Below are positions 18,249 to 27,812 of a stretch of 64,000 bases of DNA, in pieces (the first letter of the stretch is position 1; every line of letters starts with the position of its first letter). The stretch spans positions 288,001 to 352,000 of the forward strand of contig CAVWCF010000001.1 in the NCBI GenBank assembly GCA_963753435.1, read 5' to 3'. The notes under the pieces were generated by a model. That model was not told the origin of the DNA. It made no database searches and saw only the letters and a program-made list of their open reading frames with translations. The position numbers were made by a program, and so were the translations under genes. The DNA is from an uncultured Actinomycetota bacterium. Lineage in GTDB: Bacteria; Actinomycetota; Actinomycetes; CAVWCF01.

Positions 18249-19016
18249 TCAGGCGCCGATCGCGTGCAGCCCACCGTCCACATGAACGATGGACCCACTG
18301 GTGGCCGGGAACCAGTCGGACAGCAGCGCCACGCAGGCGCGGGCGGCCGGTTCCGGGTCGGTGACATCCCAACCGAGCGGGGCGCGGCCACTCCATACGC
18401 CCTCGAACTCCTCGAACCCGGGGATGCTCTTGGCCGCCATGGTCCGGATCGGGCCGGCGGCGACGAGGTTGACCCGAACACCTTCTGGTCCCAAATCCCG
18501 GGCCAGATACCGGGAGCAGGACTCCAGGCCGGCCTTGGCCACCCCCATCCAGTCGTAGGTGGGCCAGGCCACGGAGGCGTCAAAGTCGAGCCCAACGATG
18601 GAAGCCGGCTTGGCCAGCATCGGCCGACAAGCGACCGCCAGAGCCTGGAACGAATAGGTCGAGACGTGCAGCGCGGTAGCCACGTCCTCCCAACTGGTGT
18701 TCAGGAAGTTGCCGCCCAGCGCGGACTCCGGTGCGAACCCGATCGAGTGCAGCACCCCATCCAGACCATCTACGTGTTCGGCCAGCCGCTCTGGGAGAGC
18801 GCTCAAGTGATCCGGATCGGTGACGTCCAACTCGACCACCGGCGCCTCAACCGGCAACCGTTTGGCAATCCGTCCGGTAAGCCTCAGCACGCGACCGTAT
18901 GAGGAAAGCACGATTGTCGCGCCTTCTTCCTGAGCCAACCGGGCCACGTGGAACGCGATCGAGGCGTCGGTGAGCACGCCGGTGACCAAGATGCGCTTAC
19001 CGTCGAGAATTCCCAT
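18249..19016 (-). CDS. fabI: Enoyl-ACP reductase (InhA/FabI)
   Basis: ITG-like VTGVLTDASIAF, HSIGFAP, YDWMGVAK, AAGPIRT. Confidence 0.95.
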   Translation of the reverse strand: MGILDGKRILVTGVLTDASIAFHVARLAQEEGATIVLSSYGRVLRLTGRIAKRLPVEAPVVELDVTDPDHLSALPERLAEHVDGLDGVLHSIGFAPESALGGNFLNTSWEDVATALHVSTYSFQALAVACRPMLAKPASIVGLDFDASVAWPTYDWMGVAKAGLESCSRYLARDLGPEGVRVNLVAAGPIRTMAAKSIPGFEEFEGVWSGRAPLGWDVTDPEPAARACVALLSDWFPATSGSIVHVDGGLHAIGA

Positions 19017-19720
19017 CAGTGCCCCATCCCCAATCCTCCGTCGACCGGCAACACCGCGCCGGTGATGTACGCCGCCTCATCGGATGCCAGGAAGCGAACT
19101 GCGGCGGCTACTTCGGCAGGTTCGGCATAGCGGCCCAGCGGCACCGCGGCCGCGATCTCCGCTCGGCGCTCATCTGACAGCGCCCGCGTCATATCCGTGT
19201 CGACAAATCCGGGGGCGACCACGTTGGCCGTGATGTTGCGCGAGCCCAGCTCGCGGGCCAGCGATCGCGCCAGACCGACGAGACCAGCCTTGGACGCGGC
19301 GTAGTTCGCCTGCCCGGCGGACCCGAGAAGTCCGACGACACTGGAGACGAAGATCAGCCGCCCCCATCGCGCTCGCAGCATTTGCTTGCTGGCCCGGCGG
19401 GCCACTCGCAACGAACCAGTCAGGTTCGTCTGCAGCACTGCTTCGATGTCTTCGTCGGTCATGCGCAGGAGCAATGCATCCCGAGTGATGCCGGCATTGG
19501 CGACCGCTACCTCAACCGGACCAAAACGTTCTGCGACCTCGTCGAAGGCCCGGTCGACCGATTCGCGATCGGTCACGTCACATGCGACCGCCGGCAGATC
19601 GGCCACCGGCTCACCGCTGCGGCTGGCCACGACCACGGTGTGTCCGGCCGCGGCCAAGTCCGACGCAATGGCCAATCCGATTCCGCGGTTGCCGCCGGTG
19701 ACCAAACAGACGCGCCCCAT
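19016..19720 (-). CDS. fabG: 3-oxoacyl-ACP reductase (FabG/MabA)
   Basis: TGGNRGIG, ANAG, NYAASKAG, VDGGLGMGH; directly upstream of fabI. Confidence 0.95.
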   Translation of the reverse strand: MGRVCLVTGGNRGIGLAIASDLAAAGHTVVVASRSGEPVADLPAVACDVTDRESVDRAFDEVAERFGPVEVAVANAGITRDALLLRMTDEDIEAVLQTNLTGSLRVARRASKQMLRARWGRLIFVSSVVGLLGSAGQANYAASKAGLVGLARSLARELGSRNITANVVAPGFVDTDMTRALSDERRAEIAAAVPLGRYAEPAEVAAAVRFLASDEAAYITGAVLPVDGGLGMGH

Positions 19721-19776
19721 GACCCTCCTCGTGGTTGCGGGGTGAACCTATCGCCGTGCCATGCCAGGATCGGCGC

Positions 19777-21264
19777 ATGGCCCGCGTAGACGATGACTTT
19801 CGCGCGCTTCCCCTCGATTCCTGCGCAGATGCGGCGCTTAGCGCCGCCACCGGCGCCGAACACACCCAGGTCCGCGTGGAGCGCATCCAAGGACACTCCA
19901 TTCGGTTGCGGGATGGATCGGTCGAGGGAACCAGCGACGACACCGACCTGGGGGTTTCGGTCCGGGTGGTCCACAACGGTGCCTGGGGGTTCGCGGCCGC
20001 AGCGGCCGTGACCCCGGACGCCGCGGCATCCTGCGCCCGCCTCGCGGTGGAGATGGCGCAGGCTTGCGCGCCCATGACTCCGGATCGGGTCGAGCTTCGG
20101 GATGAACCTGCAGCGACCGGCGAATGGGTTTCCGCCTATGACCTGGACCCGTTCGAAGTCGGTCTGCAGCAGCGACTTCAGCGGCTGCGGGAGTTGGCCG
20201 CGATGGCGGCCGGCCCGGGGGTGGATCACGTAGACGCTTCCTACAGCGCGGCCAAGGACCAGTGGTTCTACGCCGACAATCACGGTAGCCGGACGCTGCA
20301 GCAGCGGGTCCGGGTCCATCCGGAGCTGACGGTGATGCGGATCGGCGAATCGGGCATGGAGTCGATGCGGACCCTCGCGCCGCCGGTCGGTCGTGGCTGG
20401 GAATACCTGACCGGGACCGGCTGGGACGCCGAGGCCGAAGTTGCCGGGTTGTTCGAGCTCCTGGCCGAGAAGGTCGCTGCCCCAAGCATCGAAGCCGGCG
20501 CATACGACTTGCTGATCCATCCGAGCAACCTTTGGCTGACCATCCACGAGTCGGTCGGTCACGCGACGGAGTTGGACCGGGCACTCGGCTACGAGGCCAA
20601 CTACGCGGGCACCTCCTTTGCTACCCCGGATGGTTTGGGGTCGCTCAGGTACGGCTCACCGTTGATGCATGTGACCGGGGACCGGACGGTTCCGCACGGC
20701 TTGGCCACGGTTGGCTGGGACGCCGAAGGAGTGGCCGCGCAGCAATGGGATCTGGTCGCGGGTGGCACCCTCGTCGGGTATCAGGTGGACCGCCAGATCG
20801 CCGCCAAAGCGGGCATGGCCAGATCGAACGGCTGCGCCTATGCCGACTCCCCTGGTCATGTACCGATGCAGCGGATGGCGAACGTGTCGCTCATGCCGGG
20901 TTCCGATGACCTGAGTTGGGACGACCTGGTAGCCGGCATCGACGACGGGATCGCGGTCATCGGCGACAAGTCCTGGTCCATCGACATGCAGCGGTTCAAC
21001 TTCCAGTTCACCGGCCAGCGCTTCTACCGCATCAAGGGCGGCCAGGTTCGCGGTCAGGTCAAGGATGTTGCGTATCAAGCGACCACCACCGATTTCTGGG
21101 GCAGCCTTTCGCGGCTCGGCGGACCCAGCACCCACGTTCTGGGTGGCGCATTCAACTGCGGCAAGGGGCAACCTGGCCAAGTGGCACCCGTGAGCCATGG
21201 CACGCCGGCTGCGGTCTTCACCAGCGTCAACGTTCTGAACACTCGTCAGGAGGGTGGCCAGTGA
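19777..21264 (+). CDS. tldD: TldD metalloprotease subunit
   Basis: HESVGH (HExxxH) and C-terminal CGKGQPGQ. Confidence 0.9.
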   Translation: MARVDDDFRALPLDSCADAALSAATGAEHTQVRVERIQGHSIRLRDGSVEGTSDDTDLGVSVRVVHNGAWGFAAAAAVTPDAAASCARLAVEMAQACAPMTPDRVELRDEPAATGEWVSAYDLDPFEVGLQQRLQRLRELAAMAAGPGVDHVDASYSAAKDQWFYADNHGSRTLQQRVRVHPELTVMRIGESGMESMRTLAPPVGRGWEYLTGTGWDAEAEVAGLFELLAEKVAAPSIEAGAYDLLIHPSNLWLTIHESVGHATELDRALGYEANYAGTSFATPDGLGSLRYGSPLMHVTGDRTVPHGLATVGWDAEGVAAQQWDLVAGGTLVGYQVDRQIAAKAGMARSNGCAYADSPGHVPMQRMANVSLMPGSDDLSWDDLVAGIDDGIAVIGDKSWSIDMQRFNFQFTGQRFYRIKGGQVRGQVKDVAYQATTTDFWGSLSRLGGPSTHVLGGAFNCGKGQPGQVAPVSHGTPAAVFTSVNVLNTRQEGGQ

Positions 21265-22637
21265 ACGGCGAACAGCTCGTCGAGCGGGCCCTGAGCCTTG
21301 CCGGCGGCGATGCTGTCGTTCTGGTCGAGTCAAACTCTCAGGCGAACGTGCGGTTTGCGAACAACTCGCTGACAACCAACGGGCTTGGCACGACTCATCG
21401 GGTGACCGTGATCGCCACCGCGGAGTCCGGCAAAGGGGTCAGCGTTGGGGCGTTGACTCGAGCCGGAGTTACCGACTCCGACCTGCCGGGGCTCGTTGCC
21501 GCGGCCGAGGCCGCGGCGCGCCAGGCGGACCCCGCGGAGGACGCAGCCGACCTGTTGGCCGCACCTGCCGCCGCTGATTTCGCCGACCCCGCGCCGGCTG
21601 CTGCACCGGCCGACCTGGCAGGTGTGGCCGCCGGCCTCGGTGACGCATTCACTGATGCGAACGCGGCAGCGGTGGCGCTGTTCGGCTATGTCGAATACGA
21701 CTTGACCACGACCTGGCTCGGCTCAAGCACCGGGTTGCGTAGGCGTCATGTCCAGCCCAGCGCCCGAGTTGACATGACCGCCAAGAGTCACGGCGGCACC
21801 CGGAGTACTTGGTCGGGAGTTAACGCCACCACGCTTGCAGACGTGAACGTGGCCGGACTCTACGAGGAGTCACTGGTGCGGCTGGGCTGGCAGGCGCGCA
21901 AGGTTGATACCGATCCCGGCCGGCACCCGGTTCTGCTGTCACCAAGCGCCGTCGCCGATCTGATGGTCTACCTCTACTGGACCGCTGATGTGCGCGACGC
22001 GGCCGAGGGCCGCACCGTGTTCAGCCGAGCCGGGGGCGGCACTCGGCTGGGTGAGACGTTCACGCCCCGCGCGTTGCGGATCTGGTCGGACCCGGATGAC
22101 GTCAACGTCGGGTGCCTGCCTTTCGTCGCGGCAGAATCCTCCGGAGGCGGCCAGTCCGTCTTCGACAACGGCATGGACCTGACCGCGACCGACTGGATCC
22201 ATGACGGGCGACTTGCCAGCCTTTGGGGCAGCCGCTTCTCCGCAGGTCTTGCGGGCCAACCCTGCCGTCCCCCGATCGACAACCTGCTGATCAACGACAG
22301 GGACGGCCACGGGGACTTGGAAGCCGTCATCGCTCGGACGGAAGACGCCTTGCTTGTCACCAGCCTCTGGTACATGCGCGAGGTGGACCCGCCCACCCTG
22401 CTGCTGACGGGGTTGACCCGGGACGGGGTCTACCGGATCCGGGACGGTGAGGTGGTCGGCGCCACCTCGAACTACCGATTCAACGAATCGCCCGTCGACA
22501 TCCTGAGTCGGGTTAGCGATGTCGGCGGCAGCGCAAGGACGATGTGCCGCGAATGGGGTGACTTCTTCTCACGCGTCGTAGCACCGCCGATGACCGTGTC
22601 GGACTTCAATCTGTCCACACGCAGCCAGGCATCCTGA
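21261..22637 (+). CDS. TldE/PmbA-family subunit
   Basis: GTGA overlap with tldD; RFANN, LLTGLTRDG, RFNESP. Confidence 0.85.
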   Translation: MNGEQLVERALSLAGGDAVVLVESNSQANVRFANNSLTTNGLGTTHRVTVIATAESGKGVSVGALTRAGVTDSDLPGLVAAAEAAARQADPAEDAADLLAAPAAADFADPAPAAAPADLAGVAAGLGDAFTDANAAAVALFGYVEYDLTTTWLGSSTGLRRRHVQPSARVDMTAKSHGGTRSTWSGVNATTLADVNVAGLYEESLVRLGWQARKVDTDPGRHPVLLSPSAVADLMVYLYWTADVRDAAEGRTVFSRAGGGTRLGETFTPRALRIWSDPDDVNVGCLPFVAAESSGGGQSVFDNGMDLTATDWIHDGRLASLWGSRFSAGLAGQPCRPPIDNLLINDRDGHGDLEAVIARTEDALLVTSLWYMREVDPPTLLLTGLTRDGVYRIRDGEVVGATSNYRFNESPVDILSRVSDVGGSARTMCREWGDFFSRVVAPPMTVSDFNLSTRSQAS

Positions 22638-22639
22638 AG

Positions 22640-22858
22640 TCAGTCCGCTGCGTCCTCTAGCCGGAAGCCGACCTTCATGCCTACCTGCCAGTGGGCCACT
22701 GATCCGTCGACGATCTGCCCCCGGATCTCGGTGACCTCAAACCAGTCAAGGTGTCGCAGAGTCTGCGCGGCGCGGTCGATGCCGTTGGTTATCGCATCGT
22801 CTACACCGCTCGCGGACGTCCCCACGATCTCTGACAGCCGGTAGGTGCGGTTGGCCAT
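22640..22858 (-). CDS. Dodecin (flavin-binding)
   Basis: AGGAGG RBS; TYRLSEIVGTS...LDWFEVTEIRG...KVGFRLE, 72 aa. Confidence 0.9.
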   Translation of the reverse strand: MANRTYRLSEIVGTSASGVDDAITNGIDRAAQTLRHLDWFEVTEIRGQIVDGSVAHWQVGMKVGFRLEDAAD

Positions 22859-22888
22859 ATTTCCTCCTAGGTCGGACGACATGATCAC

Positions 22889-22915
22889 GCATCCTTCGGC
22901 GAAGCGGTACCGAAC
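22889..22915 (+). promoter_or_regulatory. Putative SigK-type ECF promoter upstream of DUF3099-SURF1
   Basis: GCATCC-N15-CCGAAC, close to the mycobacterial SigK consensus CCATCC-N15-CCGAAT as I recall it. Confidence 0.3.
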
Positions 22916-22960
22916 AAGTGGCGGCGCGCCGGACGAGCCGGTTGCGTCTACCGTTGAGCC

Positions 22961-23251
22961 GTGTCCCAGCCGGTGTACCGGATCTCCTCCGCCCCACGGG
23001 CGCTGAGCGACGATGTCGACTTCCGAACGCGTCGATACCTGATTTCGATGGCTGTTCGAACTTCTTGCCTGCTGGGCGCCTTCATTGTTCCCAGCCCGTG
23101 GCGGTGGTTTCTGCTGGCCGGTGCGGTGTTCCTGCCGATGATCGCGGTCGTTCTGGCAAATGCCGGCCGGGAGCGGGTGGTCAGCCCGCCGACCACTGTG
23201 CTGCTGGATGACCGGCAGACCCTGACGGGTGCACCGGATCAAGATCCCTAG
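22961..23251 (+). CDS. DUF3099 membrane protein
   Basis: RRYLISMAVRTSC...AVFLPMIAVVLAN. Confidence 0.85.
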   Translation: MSQPVYRISSAPRALSDDVDFRTRRYLISMAVRTSCLLGAFIVPSPWRWFLLAGAVFLPMIAVVLANAGRERVVSPPTTVLLDDRQTLTGAPDQDP

Positions 23252-23269
23252 ACCGATTACCGTCGCGGC

Positions 23270-24007
23270 GTGAGCGCCATGCTGAGGCAACCGCGTTGGT
23301 GGGCGCTAGTTGTCCTGGTGCTACTGGTCGTCCTCGCCACGATCCAACTGGGCCGATGGCAGTTCGGGCGCTGGGAAGACCGCCGGGAGCAGGCGGATGC
23401 GGTGAGATCGGCTCTGCAGCAGCAACCGCAACCCTTGGCGGACGTGGTGGCGACCGAAGCCGGTGCGGATGACCTTCGGTTCAAGTCGGTCGAGGCATCG
23501 GGCGTTTACCAGGCTGACCGCACGGTCCTGGTCCGCAATCGCCCACTGGACGGGCGAAACGGTTACCTGGTCCTGGTACCGCTGGCCACTGTGGACGGGA
23601 CGGTGGCCGTCAACCGCGGCTGGATTCCCGCCGGAACCACCGCCACTGCTCCTGACGAGGTGCCCGAACCGCCTAGTGGAACCGTCACAGTGATCGGCCG
23701 GATCCAGCCGGATGAACCGGCTAGCACGGCCCCGGATCTGCCTCCGGGGCAGTCGCTGAGCTTGTCGGGGGCGGCAACTCAGGCGGACGCACTGCCCGGT
23801 GCATATCTGGATCTGGTGTCCGAAGACCCGCGAACCGAACCCGCACCCACTCCCCCGAAACCCCCCGGAACTGGAACCGGTCCGCATCTGGTCTACGCGG
23901 TGCAGTGGTGGCTCTTCGGAGTCGTCGCCGTGGTCGGCTTCATCCTGCTCACCCGCCGGGACGTACTTGCGCAGACACCTGATCCGGGCCACGGCGCGAG
24001 CGTCTGA
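23270..24007 (+). CDS. SURF1-family cytochrome oxidase assembly protein
   Basis: LGRWQFGR, VNRGWIP, HLVYAVQWWLF. Confidence 0.9.
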   Translation: MSAMLRQPRWWALVVLVLLVVLATIQLGRWQFGRWEDRREQADAVRSALQQQPQPLADVVATEAGADDLRFKSVEASGVYQADRTVLVRNRPLDGRNGYLVLVPLATVDGTVAVNRGWIPAGTTATAPDEVPEPPSGTVTVIGRIQPDEPASTAPDLPPGQSLSLSGAATQADALPGAYLDLVSEDPRTEPAPTPPKPPGTGTGPHLVYAVQWWLFGVVAVVGFILLTRRDVLAQTPDPGHGASV

Positions 24008-24024
24008 CACGGCACGATGCGGTC

Positions 24025-24780
24025 ATGGATCTTGGACTGACCGACCGCACGTACATCGTCACCGGGGCCACCCGCGGCATCGGGCGGGCCATAGCCGCTG
24101 AGCTGGTTGCGGAGGGAGCTCGGGTGGTCATCTCCGGTCGCACCCCCACCACCGTTTCCGCCGCGGTCGCTGAGTTTGGGCCTGACCGCGCCGTCGGTGT
24201 CGTCGCCGACAACGGCGACCCCGGCACACCCGCGGCACTGTTGGTCGCTGCCGAGCGCTTCGGACGCCTAGACGGGCTGGCCGTAAGCGTCGGCGGCCCC
24301 CAGCCGGGCTCGGTCCTGGACGCGCCCGACGACGTTTGGCGCACCGGATTCGAAACCATTCTGTTGGGCGCAGTCCGACTCGTGCGCGAGATAGTTCCCA
24401 GACTCACCGCGGACGGTTCGGTGCTTCTGGTCCTGTCCGGATCCGTGCGCCAGCCGCTCGGCGGGCTAGCCGTGAGCAATGGGCTGCGGCCGGGCTTGGC
24501 AATGGTTGCCAAGTCACTGGCCGACGAGGTCGGCCCGCGGGGGGTGCGAGTGAACTCGCTGCTGCCCGGGCGCATCGACACCGACCGCCTGCGCGAATTG
24601 GATGCCTTGGCAGCTGATCCGGTGGCGCACCGGGCCGCGGCCGAAGCAACGATTCCGCTGCGGCGCTACGGTCAGCCCGCCGAAACCGGCCGAGTCGGTG
24701 CTTTCTTGCTGTCGCCGGCTGCTTCGTACGTGACCGGCTCGGCCATCCCCGTCGACGGTGGGTTGCTCCGGGGGACGTGA
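24025..24780 (+). CDS. Short-chain dehydrogenase/reductase
   Basis: MDLGL, TGATRGIG, SNGLRPGL, PGRIDTDR. Confidence 0.9.
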   Translation: MDLGLTDRTYIVTGATRGIGRAIAAELVAEGARVVISGRTPTTVSAAVAEFGPDRAVGVVADNGDPGTPAALLVAAERFGRLDGLAVSVGGPQPGSVLDAPDDVWRTGFETILLGAVRLVREIVPRLTADGSVLLVLSGSVRQPLGGLAVSNGLRPGLAMVAKSLADEVGPRGVRVNSLLPGRIDTDRLRELDALAADPVAHRAAAEATIPLRRYGQPAETGRVGAFLLSPAASYVTGSAIPVDGGLLRGT

Positions 24781-24782
24781 CT

Positions 24783-26660
24783 TCAGTTCAGGACGGGGTC
24801 CTGCTCCTGGAACTGAGTGCGGTACAGATCGGCGTACACGCCGCCAGCGGCAAGCAGTTGGTCGTGGTTGCCGCGTTCAGCGATACGCCCGTCGACGATG
24901 CACAGGATTTCGTCGGCGTGGCGCACCGTCGAGAGCCGGTGGGCGATGACCAGAGAGGTCCGGCCCTCCAGCGCGGTGTCGAGAGCCCGCTGGACGGCAA
25001 CCTCGGACTCGGAGTCCAGGTGGGCGGTCGCCTCGTCCAGAACCACCACGGCCGGCGCTTTGAGCAGTAGGCGGGCGATGGCCAGGCGCTGTTTCTCGCC
25101 GCCGGAGAGCCGGTACCCGCGGTCCCCGACCACGGTGTCCAATCCGTCCGGCAGGGATTCGATCAGCGTCCAGATCTGCGCGTCGCGGCACGCCTGTTCC
25201 AGTTCGGCGTCGTTGGCCTCGGGCCTGGCGTAGCGCAGGTTGTTACCGATCGTGTCGTGGAACAGATGTGCGTCCTGAGTCACCACTCCGACGGTCGCAT
25301 GCAGGGACTCCAGGCTCAGGTCACGTACGTCGCCACCTCCGACTCGAACCGTGCCGTCGATTGCGTCATACAGGCGCGGTACTAGTGCAGTGATGGTGGT
25401 TTTGCCGGCTCCGGAGGGGCCGACGAGGGCGGTCATCTGGCCCGGCTCCACGCGGAAGGAAACGTCCTTCAGCACCATGCCACTGGGAGTGCTCTCCAGC
25501 CGGGCCACGGACTCCAGCGATGCCAGCGAGACCTCCTGCGCCGTCGGATAGCGAAACGAAACGTGATCGAACTCAACCGCGGCCGGGCCAGGGGTAACGG
25601 CCCTGGCCTTCGGCGATTCCTGCACCAGCGGGGCCAGGTCGAGAACCTCGAACACCCGGTCGAACGAAACCAGCGCGGTCATGACGTCGACGCGCACGTT
25701 CGACAGCGCGGTGAGCGGGCCGTACAGACGGGTTAGCAGGCCGGCCAGGGCTACCAGGGTGCCTACCGTGAGCGTCCCCTCGACCGCCAAGTACCCACCG
25801 ACGCCGTAGACCAGCGCGGTGGCCAGGGCGGCGACCAGGGTCAGCGCGGTGAAGAAGATGCGGTTGGCCAGGGCAATCCGGACCCCGATCTCGCGGACCT
25901 CGGCGGCGCGATCGGAGAAGAGTTCGTCCTCCCGCTCCGGGCGCCCATACAACTTGGCCAACATGGCGCCGGAGACGTTGAACCGTTCCGTCATCACCGC
26001 ACTCATGTCGGCGTTCAGGTCCATCGACCTGCGGGTCAGCCGTTGCAGTTGCCGCCCCATCGCCTTTGCCGGCCAGAGGAACAGCGGCAGCAGGATGATG
26101 GACGCCAACGTGATCGGCCATGACAGCGCCAGCATTGCCAGGATGACAAGAACCAGCGTGATTGCGCTGGAGACCACGTTCGACAGAGTTGACGTGAACG
26201 CCTGCTGCGCGCCGATCACATCGGAGTTCAGTCGCGAGATCAGTGCTCCGGTCTGGGTACGCGTGAAGAACGGCAGCGACATGCGTTGAACGTGCGCGAA
26301 CACCTGGGTGCGCAAATCGAAGATGAGTCCTTCACCGATCTTGGCGGACCAGAGCCGACCGATCAGGGTGACTCCGGCATCGGCGATGGCGATGACGCCC
26401 ACCAGGACCGCCAGTCGGATGACCACGCCGCTGTCTCCGGCCAGTACCCCGTCGTCGATGATTCGCTGGAACAGCAGCGGGGTGGCCACAACGAGCACCG
26501 CACTGATGACGACCGTCACCAAGAAGGCCCCAATGAGCCCCCAGTAGGGCCGGGCGAAACCCACGATGCGGCGCACGGTGCCGGAGTCCAACCGGTGCGT
26601 CAGCACCGAACGGTCCCGACGCATTGACGAGTAGGCCATCCAGGGCCCGGGCATGCTCAT
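24783..26660 (-). CDS. ABC exporter, fused permease/ATPase
   Basis: GGAGGT RBS before ATG 26660; TM domain then GPSGAGKT, LSGGE, LDEAT. Confidence 0.92.
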   Translation of the reverse strand: MSMPGPWMAYSSMRRDRSVLTHRLDSGTVRRIVGFARPYWGLIGAFLVTVVISAVLVVATPLLFQRIIDDGVLAGDSGVVIRLAVLVGVIAIADAGVTLIGRLWSAKIGEGLIFDLRTQVFAHVQRMSLPFFTRTQTGALISRLNSDVIGAQQAFTSTLSNVVSSAITLVLVILAMLALSWPITLASIILLPLFLWPAKAMGRQLQRLTRRSMDLNADMSAVMTERFNVSGAMLAKLYGRPEREDELFSDRAAEVREIGVRIALANRIFFTALTLVAALATALVYGVGGYLAVEGTLTVGTLVALAGLLTRLYGPLTALSNVRVDVMTALVSFDRVFEVLDLAPLVQESPKARAVTPGPAAVEFDHVSFRYPTAQEVSLASLESVARLESTPSGMVLKDVSFRVEPGQMTALVGPSGAGKTTITALVPRLYDAIDGTVRVGGGDVRDLSLESLHATVGVVTQDAHLFHDTIGNNLRYARPEANDAELEQACRDAQIWTLIESLPDGLDTVVGDRGYRLSGGEKQRLAIARLLLKAPAVVVLDEATAHLDSESEVAVQRALDTALEGRTSLVIAHRLSTVRHADEILCIVDGRIAERGNHDQLLAAGGVYADLYRTQFQEQDPVLN

Positions 26661-26691
26661 GCAAGTACCTCCACCGATGCGCAACGCAGAA

Positions 26692-27492
26692 TCAGTCGAG
26701 ATCCTTCCCCAGGAGGCGCCGCTGCGCCTCTCGCTCTGCCTGCCACTGCTGTTGCGGAGTCCGGCCACGGGCGGAAACCAGCAAGGCGATGGTCTCGTTC
26801 ACTGCGGTCGCCGGGGAGCTGAGGATGGCGGTTGCCAGGTCGGCGGCTGCGTCGTCCAACTCCTCACGGGGAATTGCGCGCACGGCGAGGCCGCGTGCCA
26901 CCGCCTCCTCCGCCGTCAGCCATCGTCCCGTCAGACACAGTTCCAGTGCGGTGGCCTCACCAACGGCTGTCACCAGTCGCTGGGTCCCGGTCAGATCGGG
27001 TACCAGTCCGAGAGTGGTTTCACGCATGGCGAACAGCGCATCGTCGGCCACAACCCGCAGGTGGCAAGCCAACGCCAACTGAAAACCGGCGCCCACCGCA
27101 TGCCCACCCACCGCGGCGATGCTCAGCAAGCCGGGTCGCTGCCACCAGGTGAACGCGTCCTGAAACTTCTCCAGGGTCTGGTCCAGGGCCGCAGCCGACA
27201 GCTGCCGCAGGGAAGCGATTGTCGTACCCGATCCGTTCGCGGCTGCGCCACTGCCCGTGACGTCGGCGGGGCTTCCCGTGAGCACGCTGCGGTCCAGTCC
27301 GGCCGAGAACGACGGGCCATTGGCCCGCAGCAGGACGACACGGACGGAATCTGGAAGCTGCTCTCCGATCTCAGCGAGTCGGGCCCACGTCGCCGGGGTC
27401 TGGGCGTTGCGGCGATCGGGATTGTCCAGGGTCACGGTGGCGCAGGGGCCGTCGAGGTCCAGCCGGACCCCGTCGACGACGTCGCCGGTCAG
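26692..27492 (-). CDS. Enoyl-CoA hydratase/isomerase family protein (probable CTG start)
   Basis: PDRRNA, SFSAGLD, GAGFQLAL, GLVPD. The frame extends to CTG 27492, which overlaps the upstream stop; the first canonical start (27435) is inside the domain. Confidence 0.85.
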   Translation of the reverse strand: MTGDVVDGVRLDLDGPCATVTLDNPDRRNAQTPATWARLAEIGEQLPDSVRVVLLRANGPSFSAGLDRSVLTGSPADVTGSGAAANGSGTTIASLRQLSAAALDQTLEKFQDAFTWWQRPGLLSIAAVGGHAVGAGFQLALACHLRVVADDALFAMRETTLGLVPDLTGTQRLVTAVGEATALELCLTGRWLTAEEAVARGLAVRAIPREELDDAAADLATAILSSPATAVNETIALLVSARGRTPQQQWQAEREAQRRLLGKDLD

Positions 27493-27701
27493 CTCTTGGC
27501 CTTGCCGCGGGTCGCGCCACCCCGGGAGCGCATCGACGCGCCCGATTCCGACAGCAGGCGATGTACGAAGCCGTAGGAGCGGCCGGTGGACTCAGCCAGC
27601 GCCCGGATCGATGTGCCGGCTTCGTATTGGCGGCGCAGGTCGGCCGCCAGGCTGCTGCGCTCGCCTCCGGCGATGCGCCGTCCCTTGCCGAAATCCGCCA
27701 C
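27489..27701 (-). CDS. Small helix-turn-helix DNA-binding protein
   Basis: AAGGAGG RBS before GTG; YEAGTSIRALAESTGRSYGFVHRLL. Confidence 0.88.
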   Translation of the reverse strand: MADFGKGRRIAGGERSSLAADLRRQYEAGTSIRALAESTGRSYGFVHRLLSESGASMRSRGGATRGKAKS

Positions 27702-27812
27702 GGCTCCTCCTTGTTGACGCCCGCCCACCGATGATCCACCAGCCAGGACCGCGGCGCCACCAGTTCGGGTCAGTGCGGCCGGATGCTGGTTCAGGATCGC
27801 GGCCCGGCCAGA

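Noticed and set aside
19777-22858. TldDE + small protein as a RiPP cluster
   Set aside because: The small gene is a convergent dodecin; no precursor or modifying enzymes, and tldDE next to fabG/fabI is familiar actinobacterial synteny.
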